A stretch of DNA of 64,000 nt from positions 2,464,001-2,528,000 of the forward strand of contig OY970178.1 of the NCBI GenBank assembly GCA_963707915.1, read 5' to 3'. The DNA is from Candidatus Eiseniibacteriota bacterium (GTDB lineage: Bacteria; Eisenbacteria; RBG-16-71-46). A program made the translations under genes and the position numbers. The notes below the pieces were generated by a model. That model was given only the letters and a program-made list of their open reading frames with translations. It was not told the DNA's origin and searched no databases. This document shows positions 9,245 to 19,114 of the stretch, in pieces (position 1 is the stretch's first letter; each line of letters starts with the position of its first letter).

Positions 9245-11200
9245 TCAGCGCAGCCGCACCAGCCGCTGCGAGAGCACGCGGTCCTCGGCCACGAGCCGCA
9301 CGAAGTAGAGCCCCGCGGGCGCCGTGCCCTGCCCGGTGCGCCCGTCCCACGTCGCCGTGTGGCGGCCGGCCGGGAACACGCCGTCGGCCAGCACCGCGAC
9401 CTCGCGACCCTGCAGGTCGAGGATGCTGACCCGCGCGCCGGCCTCGCGCGGCAGGACGAAGCCAATCCGCCCCGTGCCCCGCATCGGGCTGGGACGCACC
9501 GGGTCGAGCGCCAGCGCCACGGCCCGCCCGGCCGCCGGGCCGTTCGCGTCCTTCACGTCCAGGACGAAAGCCCGCACGTCGGGGTTCAGGTCGAGCGTGA
9601 TGTTCCCGCCGGATTCCACGATGTTCGTCGCGGAGACCACTCCGGCGCAGTCGTTGGCGGTGTAGTAGGAACTGGTGTTCGGCACGGTCGCGGGAGTGAA
9701 CGACGCGACCCCGGTCGCGCTCGAGTAGAAATCCGTCCAGCCGCCGCCGTTGGCGTTCAGCTCGAGCTGGTAGAGCCCGTCCGCCTGTTCCACCGAGATC
9801 CCGTACCATCGCTCGCCGTTCGACGGGTTGGCGGGCAGCGTGTCGCAATCGCAGTTCCGCTGGCCCCGGTAGACGCCGCCGCTCACGCACTCCGCCTCGT
9901 TCGGCCGCCAGAAGCTGCGCGCCAGGACGTTCTCGTCCACGTGGTAGATGCACAGGCCGTGGGCGTTCGCGCCCATGCGCGAGAACCCCGCGTCGTAGCC
10001 GATCTGCTGGCGGTTCTCGAACAGCCAGTACTCCATCCCGCCCGACCCGGGCTGGACCACCTTGACGATCGCCCCGGGGCCGGTGGTCTCGCTGGGCGGG
10101 ATCGTGACGCCGGCCGCGAAGGTGGCCACCTCGATCGGCGTGACGAAGCCGAGGTAGGCCATGCCCCACGCACTGGGCTGGGCGGGGGAGTTGCCCGCGC
10201 AATCGGGATAGACGTTGGGCGTCCGGCTCCAGCTGCCGCCCGCCATCAGGCTGAAGTAGCCGGTGCCGGCGGATTCGTAGCCGTAGTCGTACTCGTCGGG
10301 AAGCCCCAGCACGTGGCCGAACTCGTGGGCGTAGACCCCGACCGTGGGAAGCAGCGGGCCGGAGACCGGGCTGCTGTTCTCGCCCAGCGTGTTCCCGCCG
10401 GCTTCCGGCTCCATCGAGTAGCCATCGACCCGGACGCCGTCCACGAAGAGCGGTGGCGGCGTGTTGCCGAATCCGTCGTCGCCGGCGATGCCCCAGGCGT
10501 GCGACCAGATCAGGTCGCCGCCGCCACTCCACTCCGCGCCGGAGCCGGCGTGCACGACGAAGAGGTTCTGCACCACGCCCCCGACCGCGTACTGGGAGAA
10601 GTCCACGGTGGGATCCGCCGCGATCACCGCGTCCATGACCAGGCGCTGGACGTTGCGCGGGTAGGGACCGAAGCCGTTGTCGTGCGTGCCGTCGTGCTCG
10701 CAGTAGTAGGTGTAGATGTTCGGCGCGGTCAGCCAGCCGGTCGCGCTCGGCAGGTTCAGCGTCACCACGTCCACGGTGCCGTGGGAGACGGTGTTGTAGA
10801 AGTTCTTCAGCGTGCGCGTCGTCGTGGTGTCGGCCCCGCCGCGGAGGTAGTTGTCGCGGAACAGCATGCTGTCCCAGATCGTGGAGCGGAACCGGGTCGC
10901 GGGCCCGCCCGGGGCGGCGTCCGCGAACTGCACCAGCAGCACGAGCGCCTTCACGCTGGTGGCGGCGAGCGCGGCGGGGCGCGCGAGCCGGTTGATGCGC
11001 AGGCCGGGCCGGCCGGCGAAGCGGGCTTCCGCGCTGGAGCGCGGCACCTGGCGGCCCATCGCCTCGTAGGACTGGACGATCTCCGGGTCGAGCGGCATGA
11101 GGTCGGGCGCGGCGTCCGGCCGGGCGGACGAGCGGCCCGGGGCCGCGCACGCGAGCACGAGACCGAGGAGCAGGAACGAGGCGAGGTGGCGGGGCTTCAT
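9245..11200 (-). CDS. secreted M6 family (immune inhibitor A-like) metalloprotease with C-terminal FlgD/T9SS-type domain
   Basis: Signal peptide; VVHAG, IWSH, HEFGHVLGLPDEYD, SLMAGGSW, EYWLFENRQ; C-terminal domain PSPM...ILDLQGREV...WDGR...AGLYFVRL. Confidence 0.9.
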   Translation of the reverse strand: MKPRHLASFLLLGLVLACAAPGRSSARPDAAPDLMPLDPEIVQSYEAMGRQVPRSSAEARFAGRPGLRINRLARPAALAATSVKALVLLVQFADAAPGGPATRFRSTIWDSMLFRDNYLRGGADTTTTRTLKNFYNTVSHGTVDVVTLNLPSATGWLTAPNIYTYYCEHDGTHDNGFGPYPRNVQRLVMDAVIAADPTVDFSQYAVGGVVQNLFVVHAGSGAEWSGGGDLIWSHAWGIAGDDGFGNTPPPLFVDGVRVDGYSMEPEAGGNTLGENSSPVSGPLLPTVGVYAHEFGHVLGLPDEYDYGYESAGTGYFSLMAGGSWSRTPNVYPDCAGNSPAQPSAWGMAYLGFVTPIEVATFAAGVTIPPSETTGPGAIVKVVQPGSGGMEYWLFENRQQIGYDAGFSRMGANAHGLCIYHVDENVLARSFWRPNEAECVSGGVYRGQRNCDCDTLPANPSNGERWYGISVEQADGLYQLELNANGGGWTDFYSSATGVASFTPATVPNTSSYYTANDCAGVVSATNIVESGGNITLDLNPDVRAFVLDVKDANGPAAGRAVALALDPVRPSPMRGTGRIGFVLPREAGARVSILDLQGREVAVLADGVFPAGRHTATWDGRTGQGTAPAGLYFVRLVAEDRVLSQRLVRLR

Positions 11201-11327
11201 CGGCTGCCTGCTTTCGCGGATCGAGGGTGTCGGGACGGGCGGGCGGACGGGCGTCCCCATGATTCTCCCGCTTCCGGCAGACGCGTTCAAATCCCCGCGG
11301 AAACGGGCCGCGGGGCGCGGCGGCGGC

Positions 11328-13505
11328 TCACCGGCGGGCGGGCAGGGGCCCGGGGACGCGGGTGGAATCCACCCACGCGCGGCCGCGCTCGAACGATGCG
11401 AGCCGGCCGCGGATGGCGGCGGCCAGCGTGTCGTTCCCGGCGCGCTGCGCCAGCTCCAGCGCCCGGCGCGCGGTGGCGACCGCCGCGCCGGTCCGCCCGG
11501 CCGCCGCCTGCGCCGCGGCCTGCGTGTCGAGCAGACCCGGATCGGCGCCGCCGCCGGCCTGCAGAGCCCGCCCGGCCAGCCGCTCGGCCTCCCGGCCGTC
11601 GCGCAGCGCGGGATCCGGGCTGGTCGCCAGGAGCCACGCCAGGCCGTTGAGCGCCTCGCCACTCGCGGGTCGTTGTCGGATGACGCGGCGCAGGTGCTCC
11701 ATCGCCTCGGCGTCGTGGCCGGGCTGCGTGAGCAGGGCCGAGGCGAACAGCAGGTTCAGGTCCGCGTCGTCGGGGGTCGCCGCCGTGGCCTGGCGCAACA
11801 GGCCGAGCCCCTCTTCGGCACGGCCCCGGAGCAGGACGATCACGCCGAGTTGGCGCAGCGCGAACCCGCGGCTGTCGCCCCGGCTCTGCACCGCGCGGCG
11901 GAACAGGGCCTCGGCCTCCTCGAGCCCTCCCTGCCCCTGGACGGCGAGACCCAGGCCGACGAGCGCGTCCTGGTTCATCGGTTGCCGGTCGAGGACCCGT
12001 CGGAACTGGCGGATGGCCTCGTCGATCTGCCCTTCCCGCGCCAGCACCAGGCCGAGATTGATGCGGGAACGGAGGTAGTTCGAGTCCAGCTCGACCGCCC
12101 GGCGCAGGTGCCGGATCGCCTCGACGCGCTGCGAATCCGCGTCGAACGCGTTCCCCAGGACCTGTTCGACCACGACGTTCTCGCCGGTGACGCGCCGGGC
12201 GTGGGTGAACAGCGTGCGCGTGTCCCGCCACAGCGCCACCTGCCGCGCCGTCGCCACGCCGAGCGCCGCCAGCGCGACCACCACCCCCGCCACCGCCACC
12301 CGCCGCGCCCGCGCGTGCCCGGCCAGCCCGTCCGACACCCCCCACACCCCCGCCACCAGCAGCCCGATCCCCGGCAGGTAGGTGTAACGGTCGGCGTGAG
12401 CCTGCATCCCGACCTGCACCAGCCCCAGCACCGGCACCAGCATCCCCACGTACCACAGCCACCCCACCGCCAGGTACGGCCGCTCGCCCCGCCAGCGCAG
12501 CGCCAGCGCCGTCACCACCGCCAGCCCCACCGCCGCCGCCCCCACCGCCCACGGATCCACCGTCACCCGCAGCGGGTAGAACGCCGCCAGCCCCGCCGGC
12601 CACAGCGTCGCGCCCGCGTAGCGCCAGATCGACAGCAGCGCGTTGCCCGCCCGCGCCCCCGCGCCCACCGTCTCCAGCGCCGCCACCGCCCCGCTCTGCC
12701 GCTGCACCACGAAGGTCACCACCGCCGCCGCCGCCGCCAGCGCGAACAGCGGCCACTTCTCCGCCATCAGCCCCGCCAGCGGCCGCGCCCCCACCCCGCC
12801 CGCCCCGCACCACCCGCCCCGCAGCCGCCCCAGCGGCCACACGTCCACCAGCACCAGCACGCACGGCACCGTCACCAGCATCGGCTTCGACATCAGTCCC
12901 AGCCCCAGCGCCACCACCACCAGCGCGTAGCGCCCCGCGCCCGGCCGCGCCGCCCAGCGCGCGTAGCTCCACAACACCAGCAGGAAGAACAGCCCGCTCA
13001 ACACGTCCTTGCGCTCCGCCACCCACGCCACCGACTCGACCCGCAGCGGGTGCAGCCCGAACAGCGCCCCCACCAGCAGGCTGCGCCACCACGCCCCGCT
13101 CAGCCGCTGCAGCACCACCACCAGCAGCAGCACGTTCACCAGGTGCAGCGCCAGGCTCACCGCGTGGTGCCCCGCCGGCGCCAGCCCGAACAGTTGCACG
13201 TCGACCAGGTGCGACAGCGAGGTCAGCGGGTGCCAGTTGCCGCCGTGCGGCTGCCGCAGGAACCACTCCAGCCCGCGCGCCGTCAGACCGCCCGTGACGT
13301 ACGGGTTCTGCGTCACGTAGGCCGGGTCGTCGACCAAGACCCAGCCGTTGCGCAGCACCCCGGCGAACGCCGCCAGCACCGCCGCCCCCAGCAGCCCCAG
13401 CGAGAGCGCGCGGACCCGCGGCCCCGGCGGCGCGCCGGGCGGCGCGGGGGCGGCGTCCCCTGCGGCGGGCGGGCGGGCGGCGGGCCGCCGGTCAGCGCGT
13501 CGCAA
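11328..13505 (-). CDS. TMTC-like GT-C membrane glycosyltransferase with C-terminal TPRs (start uncertain)
   Basis: VDDPAYV, WHPLTSLSH, HPLRVESVAWVAERKDVL, SKPMLVT, ADRYTYLP; many TM helices followed by TPR repeats. Confidence 0.85.
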   Translation of the reverse strand: MRRADRRPAARPPAAGDAAPAPPGAPPGPRVRALSLGLLGAAVLAAFAGVLRNGWVLVDDPAYVTQNPYVTGGLTARGLEWFLRQPHGGNWHPLTSLSHLVDVQLFGLAPAGHHAVSLALHLVNVLLLVVVLQRLSGAWWRSLLVGALFGLHPLRVESVAWVAERKDVLSGLFFLLVLWSYARWAARPGAGRYALVVVALGLGLMSKPMLVTVPCVLVLVDVWPLGRLRGGWCGAGGVGARPLAGLMAEKWPLFALAAAAAVVTFVVQRQSGAVAALETVGAGARAGNALLSIWRYAGATLWPAGLAAFYPLRVTVDPWAVGAAAVGLAVVTALALRWRGERPYLAVGWLWYVGMLVPVLGLVQVGMQAHADRYTYLPGIGLLVAGVWGVSDGLAGHARARRVAVAGVVVALAALGVATARQVALWRDTRTLFTHARRVTGENVVVEQVLGNAFDADSQRVEAIRHLRRAVELDSNYLRSRINLGLVLAREGQIDEAIRQFRRVLDRQPMNQDALVGLGLAVQGQGGLEEAEALFRRAVQSRGDSRGFALRQLGVIVLLRGRAEEGLGLLRQATAATPDDADLNLLFASALLTQPGHDAEAMEHLRRVIRQRPASGEALNGLAWLLATSPDPALRDGREAERLAGRALQAGGGADPGLLDTQAAAQAAAGRTGAAVATARRALELAQRAGNDTLAAAIRGRLASFERGRAWVDSTRVPGPLPARR

Positions 13506-13989
13506 GCGGCACGCGCACGACGATCCGGTCTCCGACGCGCGCGATCAACGCGGAGAACGACTCGGTCGAGACCCGGCGCAGCGGCAGCACCTTCCCCCCG
13601 GCCGGGGTCACGTCCACGACCAGCGGCGCGGTCGTGTCGGCCGGCACCTCGAAGCAGGCGGTCAGGTCCGCGCGCCCGTCACCGTCCAGGTCCACCTCGT
13701 CCGAGACCTGCGCGGGGAGCGCGCGCACCGGCTCCCACGCCAGCTGCACGTAGGGCGCGGGCCGCGCCAGCAGGGCCCGCGAGCGGACCGGCCCGTTCAC
13801 GACGATGCGGTAGCCGCCCCGTTCGATGGTCCGGACCGCCGCGCCGCCCGAATAGACCGGGTCCACCTCGACGCCGGTGGCGGCGACCACGCCCTGGAAC
13901 AGCGGGAAGAGCACGAAGGGCATCACCAGCATGGCCACCACGGTCAGGACCGCGCCGGTGTATCCGAGGGCCGCCCGGAGTCGCGCCAT
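13492..13989 (-). CDS. hypothetical membrane-anchored protein
   Basis: N-terminal TM helix; DLDGDGRAD Ca-binding-like motif; starts directly after the upstream stop. Confidence 0.7.
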   Translation of the reverse strand: MARLRAALGYTGAVLTVVAMLVMPFVLFPLFQGVVAATGVEVDPVYSGGAAVRTIERGGYRIVVNGPVRSRALLARPAPYVQLAWEPVRALPAQVSDEVDLDGDGRADLTACFEVPADTTAPLVVDVTPAGGKVLPLRRVSTESFSALIARVGDRIVVRVPLATR

Positions 13990-13990
13990 G

Positions 13991-15163
13991 TCAGTGTGCG
14001 AGCTGGAGCAGCTTCGTCAGCGTGCCGGCGATGATGCTGCCGCCGAACAGGATGGCGAAGGCCCACGCGGGGAACAGGTAGAGCAGCCGCGCGGTCTCCG
14101 GCGCGGCGGTGAGCGGCGTGCCCTTGATGTGCCAGCGTGCGGCGCCCTTCGGGCACGCGTCGACGCAGGCGCCGCACTTCATGCAGGACATGCCGGCGCG
14201 GCCCTTCGCGACCGACCCCGCGTCCAGCACCAGCGTCGGGCAGGCGCGGCGGCAGGTGACGCAGTCGGTGCACGCCGTCCGGTCCATGCGGATCTCGAAG
14301 ACGCTGAGCCGGTTCGAGAGCGCCTGGAACGGGCCGAACGGGCAGAAGAAGGCGCACTGGGTGCGGAGCCTGGTCAGGAACGGGAGCACCAGGACCAGGC
14401 CGGCGAACAGCGAGCCGAAGATGCCGGCCTGCAGCGCGGTCTGGGCCGAGCGCACCTCGGGATACTCGGTGACCGCCTTGAACGGGCAGAGCCAGGCGCA
14501 GTAGACCGCCTCGTAGGTCGCGGCCGAGAGCAGCACCACGGCCGCGAGCACCGCCCACGGCGCCGCGCGCCAGCGCGGGTCCACGTTGCGGATGCGCGGC
14601 TTCCTCGCCAGCGCGGCGCTGCCCTCCTCGATGCCGCCGAAGAAGCAGCCGTAGGCGCACCAGCCCTTGCCCAGCACCAGCGTGGCCGAGAGCCACAGGG
14701 CGATCATCGGCGCCACCGCGTGCGGGTTCGCGGCGGTCGGCAGGATCGAGCCCGGGAAGATGATGGTCTTCGAGAGCGCCGCGGGCACGATCATCATCGG
14801 GATGGCGAGGAAGCAGAACGGCGTGTTGCCGCCGATCATCTGCGCGACCGAGATGGACATGGAGCCGCGCACGGCGATCAGGTCCCAGACGAATCCGACC
14901 GGAAAGAGCAGGCCGAGCGTGACGAAGAAGACGCGCCGCCAGCGGTGGGTCTCCCCGGTGCGCAGCATCAGGAAGAACAGCCCGGTCATGAAGAGGAAGG
15001 TCAGCAGCGCCGCCAGTTGCGGGGCCGGCCCGGGCAACTGGAGCGAGCGCGAGAACAGGAGCAGGCCCCAGAGCGCGATCGGCAGCGTCAGCAGCAGGGA
15101 CCTGCCGATCGAGCGGCCCGCGGCCCCCGGCGCGGCGGCGCCGGGGGGGATCGTGCCAGGCAT
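13991..15163 (-). CDS. polytopic 4Fe-4S binding membrane protein (NapH/MauN/CcoG-like)
   Basis: WCAYGCFFG, YCAWLCP, CAFFCPFG and two ferredoxin motifs, CTDCVTCRRACP and CMKCGACVDACP. Confidence 0.88.
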   Translation of the reverse strand: MPGTIPPGAAAPGAAGRSIGRSLLLTLPIALWGLLLFSRSLQLPGPAPQLAALLTFLFMTGLFFLMLRTGETHRWRRVFFVTLGLLFPVGFVWDLIAVRGSMSISVAQMIGGNTPFCFLAIPMMIVPAALSKTIIFPGSILPTAANPHAVAPMIALWLSATLVLGKGWCAYGCFFGGIEEGSAALARKPRIRNVDPRWRAAPWAVLAAVVLLSAATYEAVYCAWLCPFKAVTEYPEVRSAQTALQAGIFGSLFAGLVLVLPFLTRLRTQCAFFCPFGPFQALSNRLSVFEIRMDRTACTDCVTCRRACPTLVLDAGSVAKGRAGMSCMKCGACVDACPKGAARWHIKGTPLTAAPETARLLYLFPAWAFAILFGGSIIAGTLTKLLQLAH

Positions 15164-15325
15164 GGAAGCGCGCTCCTCCTGGTGGGACGGTGGCGAGACG
15201 GCATCATACGGCGCGACCCGCCCGGGCGTGAAGCCGGCGGGGCGCCGCGCCGCCGCGCGTCGCGGGCCGCTCGCACCTGGGGTGCGCCCGTGCGGCCCGC
15301 CCGCCGGCTGTGATAGGCTTGCTCC

Positions 15326-16153
15326 ATGCCACGTCACTTGCGGGCCCACCACGCGCTCCGCGCGGCCCTCGTCGCGGCCCTGGCGGCGCTCCTGGCCGTG
15401 TCCGCCCCGTCGCGCGCCGGCGCCCAGCCCACCACGACCGATGGAGACAGGCTCGAGAGCCTCTCGAAGCTGCGCGGCTACGTCGTCGACGAGGGCACCT
15501 TCATCATCTCCCAGTTCGGGCAGCCGGTGCGGGCCGAGGACTTCGCCATCGAGCGGCAGCCCGACACGCTCTTCGTGCGGGCCGCCAGCATCCAGTCGCT
15601 CCCCGGGGAGGAGCCCTCGCCCCCGGACAAGGTCATGGTCCTCATGGTCGGGCCGCTCGACTTCGCCATGGGAAGCTACTGGTCGCAGCACTCGGTGGGC
15701 CCCGACACGCTTCGGCGCGGCGTCGACGTCACGGCCGGCGACACGGTCATGACGGTCTGGCGCGAGATCAACCGGTCCGGGACCGGCACGAGGGTGGTGC
15801 AGCCGCCCGGGCGCATGTACATCCTCGATCCGCCGCTCTTCACCGTGTTCAACTACCTCGGGTGGACCCTGAACGGGAAGGTCTGCGACCGGCGACCGAT
15901 CAATTTCTTCGTCCTCGGGGAGCGGGACTCGGTGGTGGAGGCCACGGTCACCGACGTCGGCAACGAGACCATCCGCTGGGGCGGCCGGCCGGTGCTGGCG
16001 CGCAAGCTCGTCATCGCCGACCAGCGGACGTCCTTCACCGGCTGGTACTCGCCCGAGGACGGCCGCATGTTCCGGCTCGAGCAGGCCCGGGACAGCATCC
16101 GCGTGGAGCGCAAGGCGCCGCCGCTCAAGCGCCAGCCGCCGCGCAAGCGGTAG
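15326..16153 (+). CDS. hypothetical exported protein
   Basis: Signal peptide (ALLAVSAPSRAGA-Q); coding-like codon usage; beta-rich. Confidence 0.75.
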   Translation: MPRHLRAHHALRAALVAALAALLAVSAPSRAGAQPTTTDGDRLESLSKLRGYVVDEGTFIISQFGQPVRAEDFAIERQPDTLFVRAASIQSLPGEEPSPPDKVMVLMVGPLDFAMGSYWSQHSVGPDTLRRGVDVTAGDTVMTVWREINRSGTGTRVVQPPGRMYILDPPLFTVFNYLGWTLNGKVCDRRPINFFVLGERDSVVEATVTDVGNETIRWGGRPVLARKLVIADQRTSFTGWYSPEDGRMFRLEQARDSIRVERKAPPLKRQPPRKR

Positions 16154-16177
16154 CCGCAGCGCGGAGCCGCGGACCGG

Positions 16178-17683
16178 CTACACCCCGGCGGCCCGCCGCG
16201 CCAGCCACTCCAGCAGCAATCGCACGCCGTAGCCGGTGGGGCCGCGTCGTTCGTGCGGCCGGTCCGCGGGCGCCCAGGCCGTGCCGGCGATGTCGAGGTG
16301 CGCCCAGCGCAGGTGTCCGGCGAAGTGCTTGAGGAAACGCGCCGCGACGCAGGCGCCACCGTCGCGGGTCGACGCCGCGTTGACCAGGTCGGCCGTGTCG
16401 CTCTCGAGGTCCTTCTCGTACTCGTCCCACAGGGGCATGCGCCACAACCGCTCGCCGGCCACCTCGCCCGCCGCGAGCAACTCGGCGGCCAGGCCGTCGT
16501 CGGCGGTGAACAGTCCCGCCACGTAGGGGCCCAGCGCGATCCCGATCGCCCCGGTCAGCGTCGCGAGATCCACGACCGTCGCGCCCTCGTAGCGCCTCGC
16601 GTAGACCAGCGCGTCGGCCAGCAGCAGCCTCCCCTCGGCGTCGGTGTTGGTGATCTCGACGAAGGTGCCGTTCATCGCGCGCAGCACGTCGCCGGGCTTG
16701 AGCGCCCGTCCGCCGGGCATGTTCTCGGCCGCGGCGACGAGCCCGACGATGCGCAGCGGCAGCGGCTCCGCGGGCAGGGCCGCGAACAACCCGAGCACGG
16801 CGGCGGCGCCGGCCATGTCGGACTTCATCTCGTGCAGGCCCTCGCGCGGCTTGAGCGAGATGCCGCCCGAGTCGAAGGTCACGCCCTTGCCCACCACGAC
16901 GACCGTGGGCGGCCGCTTGCCGCGCGACGCCCTCGCCCCGCGTTCGAGCACGATGAAGCGCGGCGGGTGCGCGCTGCCGCGCCCCACGCCCAGGATGCCG
17001 TTCATGCCGAGGCGCTCCATCGCGGGCACGTCGAGCACCTCGAGCTTCGCCCCCGCGGCGTGCGCCACCTCCTTCGCGCGGTCCGCCAGCCGCTCCGGGG
17101 TGAGGTCGCTGCCCGGCGTGCAGGTCAGGTCGCGCGCCAGCACCGCGCCCCGGGCCCAACGCGCGCCGCGCTCGACCGCCGCCGCGAGCAGCGCCGCACG
17201 CTCCTTGCCGGGCTCGATCACCTCGACCCGCTTGAGCGCCGGGGCCCCGGGCCGGGTCCGGTAGGCGGTGAAGCGCCAGGGCCCCAGCACGGCGCCCTCG
17301 GCGGTGGCCTGCGCGGCCGCGGCCGGATCGAGCCGGTCCGCGCCGAGCGCGGGGAGCACGACGGTGCCGGCGCGCGACTCGCGGGCCTTGCGCACCGCGG
17401 CCGCGGCGGCGAGCCGGACGCGCTGGAGCGAGAACCCGGTCCGCGGTCCGAGCCCCACGACCAGGACGCACCGGGCCTTGAGGCCCTTCGGGTAGAGCAC
17501 CGCGATCTCGGCGTGCGCCCCGCCGAAGTCGCGGCGGGCGATCAGGGCCGCGAGGGCGCCGTGGGTCACGCGGTCCACTTCCGCCGCGGCGCCGGCGAGC
17601 TTCCGCTCGCCCTTGAGGAGGCCGACGACCAGCGCCCCGGCCGGGCGTTGCACGAGGTTCCCGCAGCGGAAGACGACGTCCAT
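16178..17683 (-). CDS. pepA: leucyl aminopeptidase (M17)
   Basis: VGKGVTFDSGGISLK, MKSDMAG, NTDAEGRLLLAD, DLATLTGA, WAHLDIAG. Confidence 0.95.
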   Translation of the reverse strand: MDVVFRCGNLVQRPAGALVVGLLKGERKLAGAAAEVDRVTHGALAALIARRDFGGAHAEIAVLYPKGLKARCVLVVGLGPRTGFSLQRVRLAAAAAVRKARESRAGTVVLPALGADRLDPAAAAQATAEGAVLGPWRFTAYRTRPGAPALKRVEVIEPGKERAALLAAAVERGARWARGAVLARDLTCTPGSDLTPERLADRAKEVAHAAGAKLEVLDVPAMERLGMNGILGVGRGSAHPPRFIVLERGARASRGKRPPTVVVVGKGVTFDSGGISLKPREGLHEMKSDMAGAAAVLGLFAALPAEPLPLRIVGLVAAAENMPGGRALKPGDVLRAMNGTFVEITNTDAEGRLLLADALVYARRYEGATVVDLATLTGAIGIALGPYVAGLFTADDGLAAELLAAGEVAGERLWRMPLWDEYEKDLESDTADLVNAASTRDGGACVAARFLKHFAGHLRWAHLDIAGTAWAPADRPHERRGPTGYGVRLLLEWLARRAAGV

Positions 17684-18009
17684 GAGACGGCCCTCATCGG
17701 ATGGGGCGGAGCGGCGGCGGACCGCGGCAGACTAGCGGATGCGGAGCGGTTCCCCAACAGGCACTTACGCGGCTTTCGCCCGCGCGCGCCGGGGGCCTCG
17801 CACCACCCGCGCGCGCGACGCATCCAACCGGGAGCGCCGGAGCGCTTGCGTCGCTTGAGGGCCCGCTGCATCCTGTGGCCGGACGGCCCGGATCCGTGAT
17901 CCGGGCGAGCGTGCCCGTGGCGCACCAGGGACCGGATGCGGAGATGCACACCCGCCGGCGGGCAAACGAGCCCCGAAGGGAATCCGGGGCGACACCAAGG
18001 AGAGACGAC

Positions 18010-18795
18010 ATGCGACTTCGTCCGTGGATCATCCTCAGCCTGGCCGTCGTGATGGCTGCTTCCGTCGCCGGCTGCGGCGCCAAGAAGGACGCGCAGACCA
18101 CGATGGCCGACAGCACGGCCTTCGCGACCAACCCGACGGAACAGGGCCAGGGCGGCCTCGCCCCGCAGGGACAGGTCCCGCCGCCCGAGCCGGTGGCGGA
18201 GCCCCGGGCGGAGACGCCCAGGAAGTCCCCGGCACCGGCGCCGAAGGCCGCGGCGCCCAGGCCGGCCGCCTCGCCCGCACCGAACCCCGGCCTCACCGTG
18301 CCCGCGGGCACGGCCATCACCATCACCGTCAGCACGCCGATCTCCTCGGAGACCGCGCAGGTCGGTGACACGTGGAGCGGCGTGGTGAAGGACAACGTCG
18401 TCGTCGGCGACAAGACCGTGATCCCGTCGGGCAGCACCGTCAGCGGGACGGTGAGCGCGGTGAAGTCCGCCGCCAAGGGCGACCGCGCCATGCTCGACCT
18501 GGCCATCGGCTCGATGACCGTCGAAGGCGCGGGCTACCAGGCGCATGCCACCACCCAGGCGATCGAGGCCGGCTCCACGCGCGCGCGCAACCTCGGCGCC
18601 ATCGCGGGCGGCGCGGGCGCCGGAGCGCTCATCGGCGGAGCGATCGGCGGCAAGAAGGGCGCCGTGATCGGCGGACTGCTCGGCGGAGCGGGCGCCGGCA
18701 CCGCGGTGGCGAAGTCGAAGGGCTACCAGGTGGTGCTCAAGGAGGGCACGGAGCTCACCTTCTCGACCAGCGACCCGGTGAACATCAAGCGCTGA
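18010..18795 (+). CDS. lipoprotein with Pro-rich linker and glycine zipper
   Basis: Lipobox VAGC; AAGGAG RBS; GAIAGGAGAGALIGGAIGGKKGAVIGGLLGGAGAG. Confidence 0.85.
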   Translation: MRLRPWIILSLAVVMAASVAGCGAKKDAQTTMADSTAFATNPTEQGQGGLAPQGQVPPPEPVAEPRAETPRKSPAPAPKAAAPRPAASPAPNPGLTVPAGTAITITVSTPISSETAQVGDTWSGVVKDNVVVGDKTVIPSGSTVSGTVSAVKSAAKGDRAMLDLAIGSMTVEGAGYQAHATTQAIEAGSTRARNLGAIAGGAGAGALIGGAIGGKKGAVIGGLLGGAGAGTAVAKSKGYQVVLKEGTELTFSTSDPVNIKR

Positions 18796-18822
18796 TCCGC
18801 AGGACGCCGGCGCACCACGACG

Positions 18823-18852
18823 CGGCCCCGGGGCATCGCCCCGGGGCCGTTG
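18823..18852 (+). terminator. GC-rich hairpin, possible terminator
   Basis: 12-bp inverted repeat CGGCCCCGGGGC/GCCCCGGGGCCG just after the stop codon; weak U tract. Confidence 0.45.
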
Positions 18853-19021
18853 CCGTCCCCGCCGACGCGGCGCATCGAGCGGGCCGCGCGCCCGCGGGTC
18901 GCTCGATGCGCTGTCCCGGACCGGTACCCGCCGTGGCGAACGGTGGCCCGCCGGGTACACCCCGGATCGCGGGCCGGATGGCCCGGCGTTGGGGCCCTTG
19001 GGGTTCGCCGCTCGCGGCGCG

Positions 19022-19037
19022 TGGCACGCGGACTGCT
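19022..19037 (+). promoter_or_regulatory. putative sigma54 promoter
   Basis: TGGCACGCGGACTGCT, GG-N10-GC, about 80 nt upstream of the lipoprotein start. Confidence 0.6.
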
Positions 19038-19114
19038 GGGTTCACCGACCGGGTGCGGTCTCCCCCTGGTCGGTTCACCGCCGCGGCCGCCGGGCCGGGC
19101 ACAACGGAGGATCC

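Noticed and set aside
17958..18000. GGCAAAC plus hairpin resembling the start of a c-di-GMP-I riboswitch
   Set aside because: Lacks the GNRA loop, the GACGCAAAG junction and the second stem; it runs straight into the RBS.
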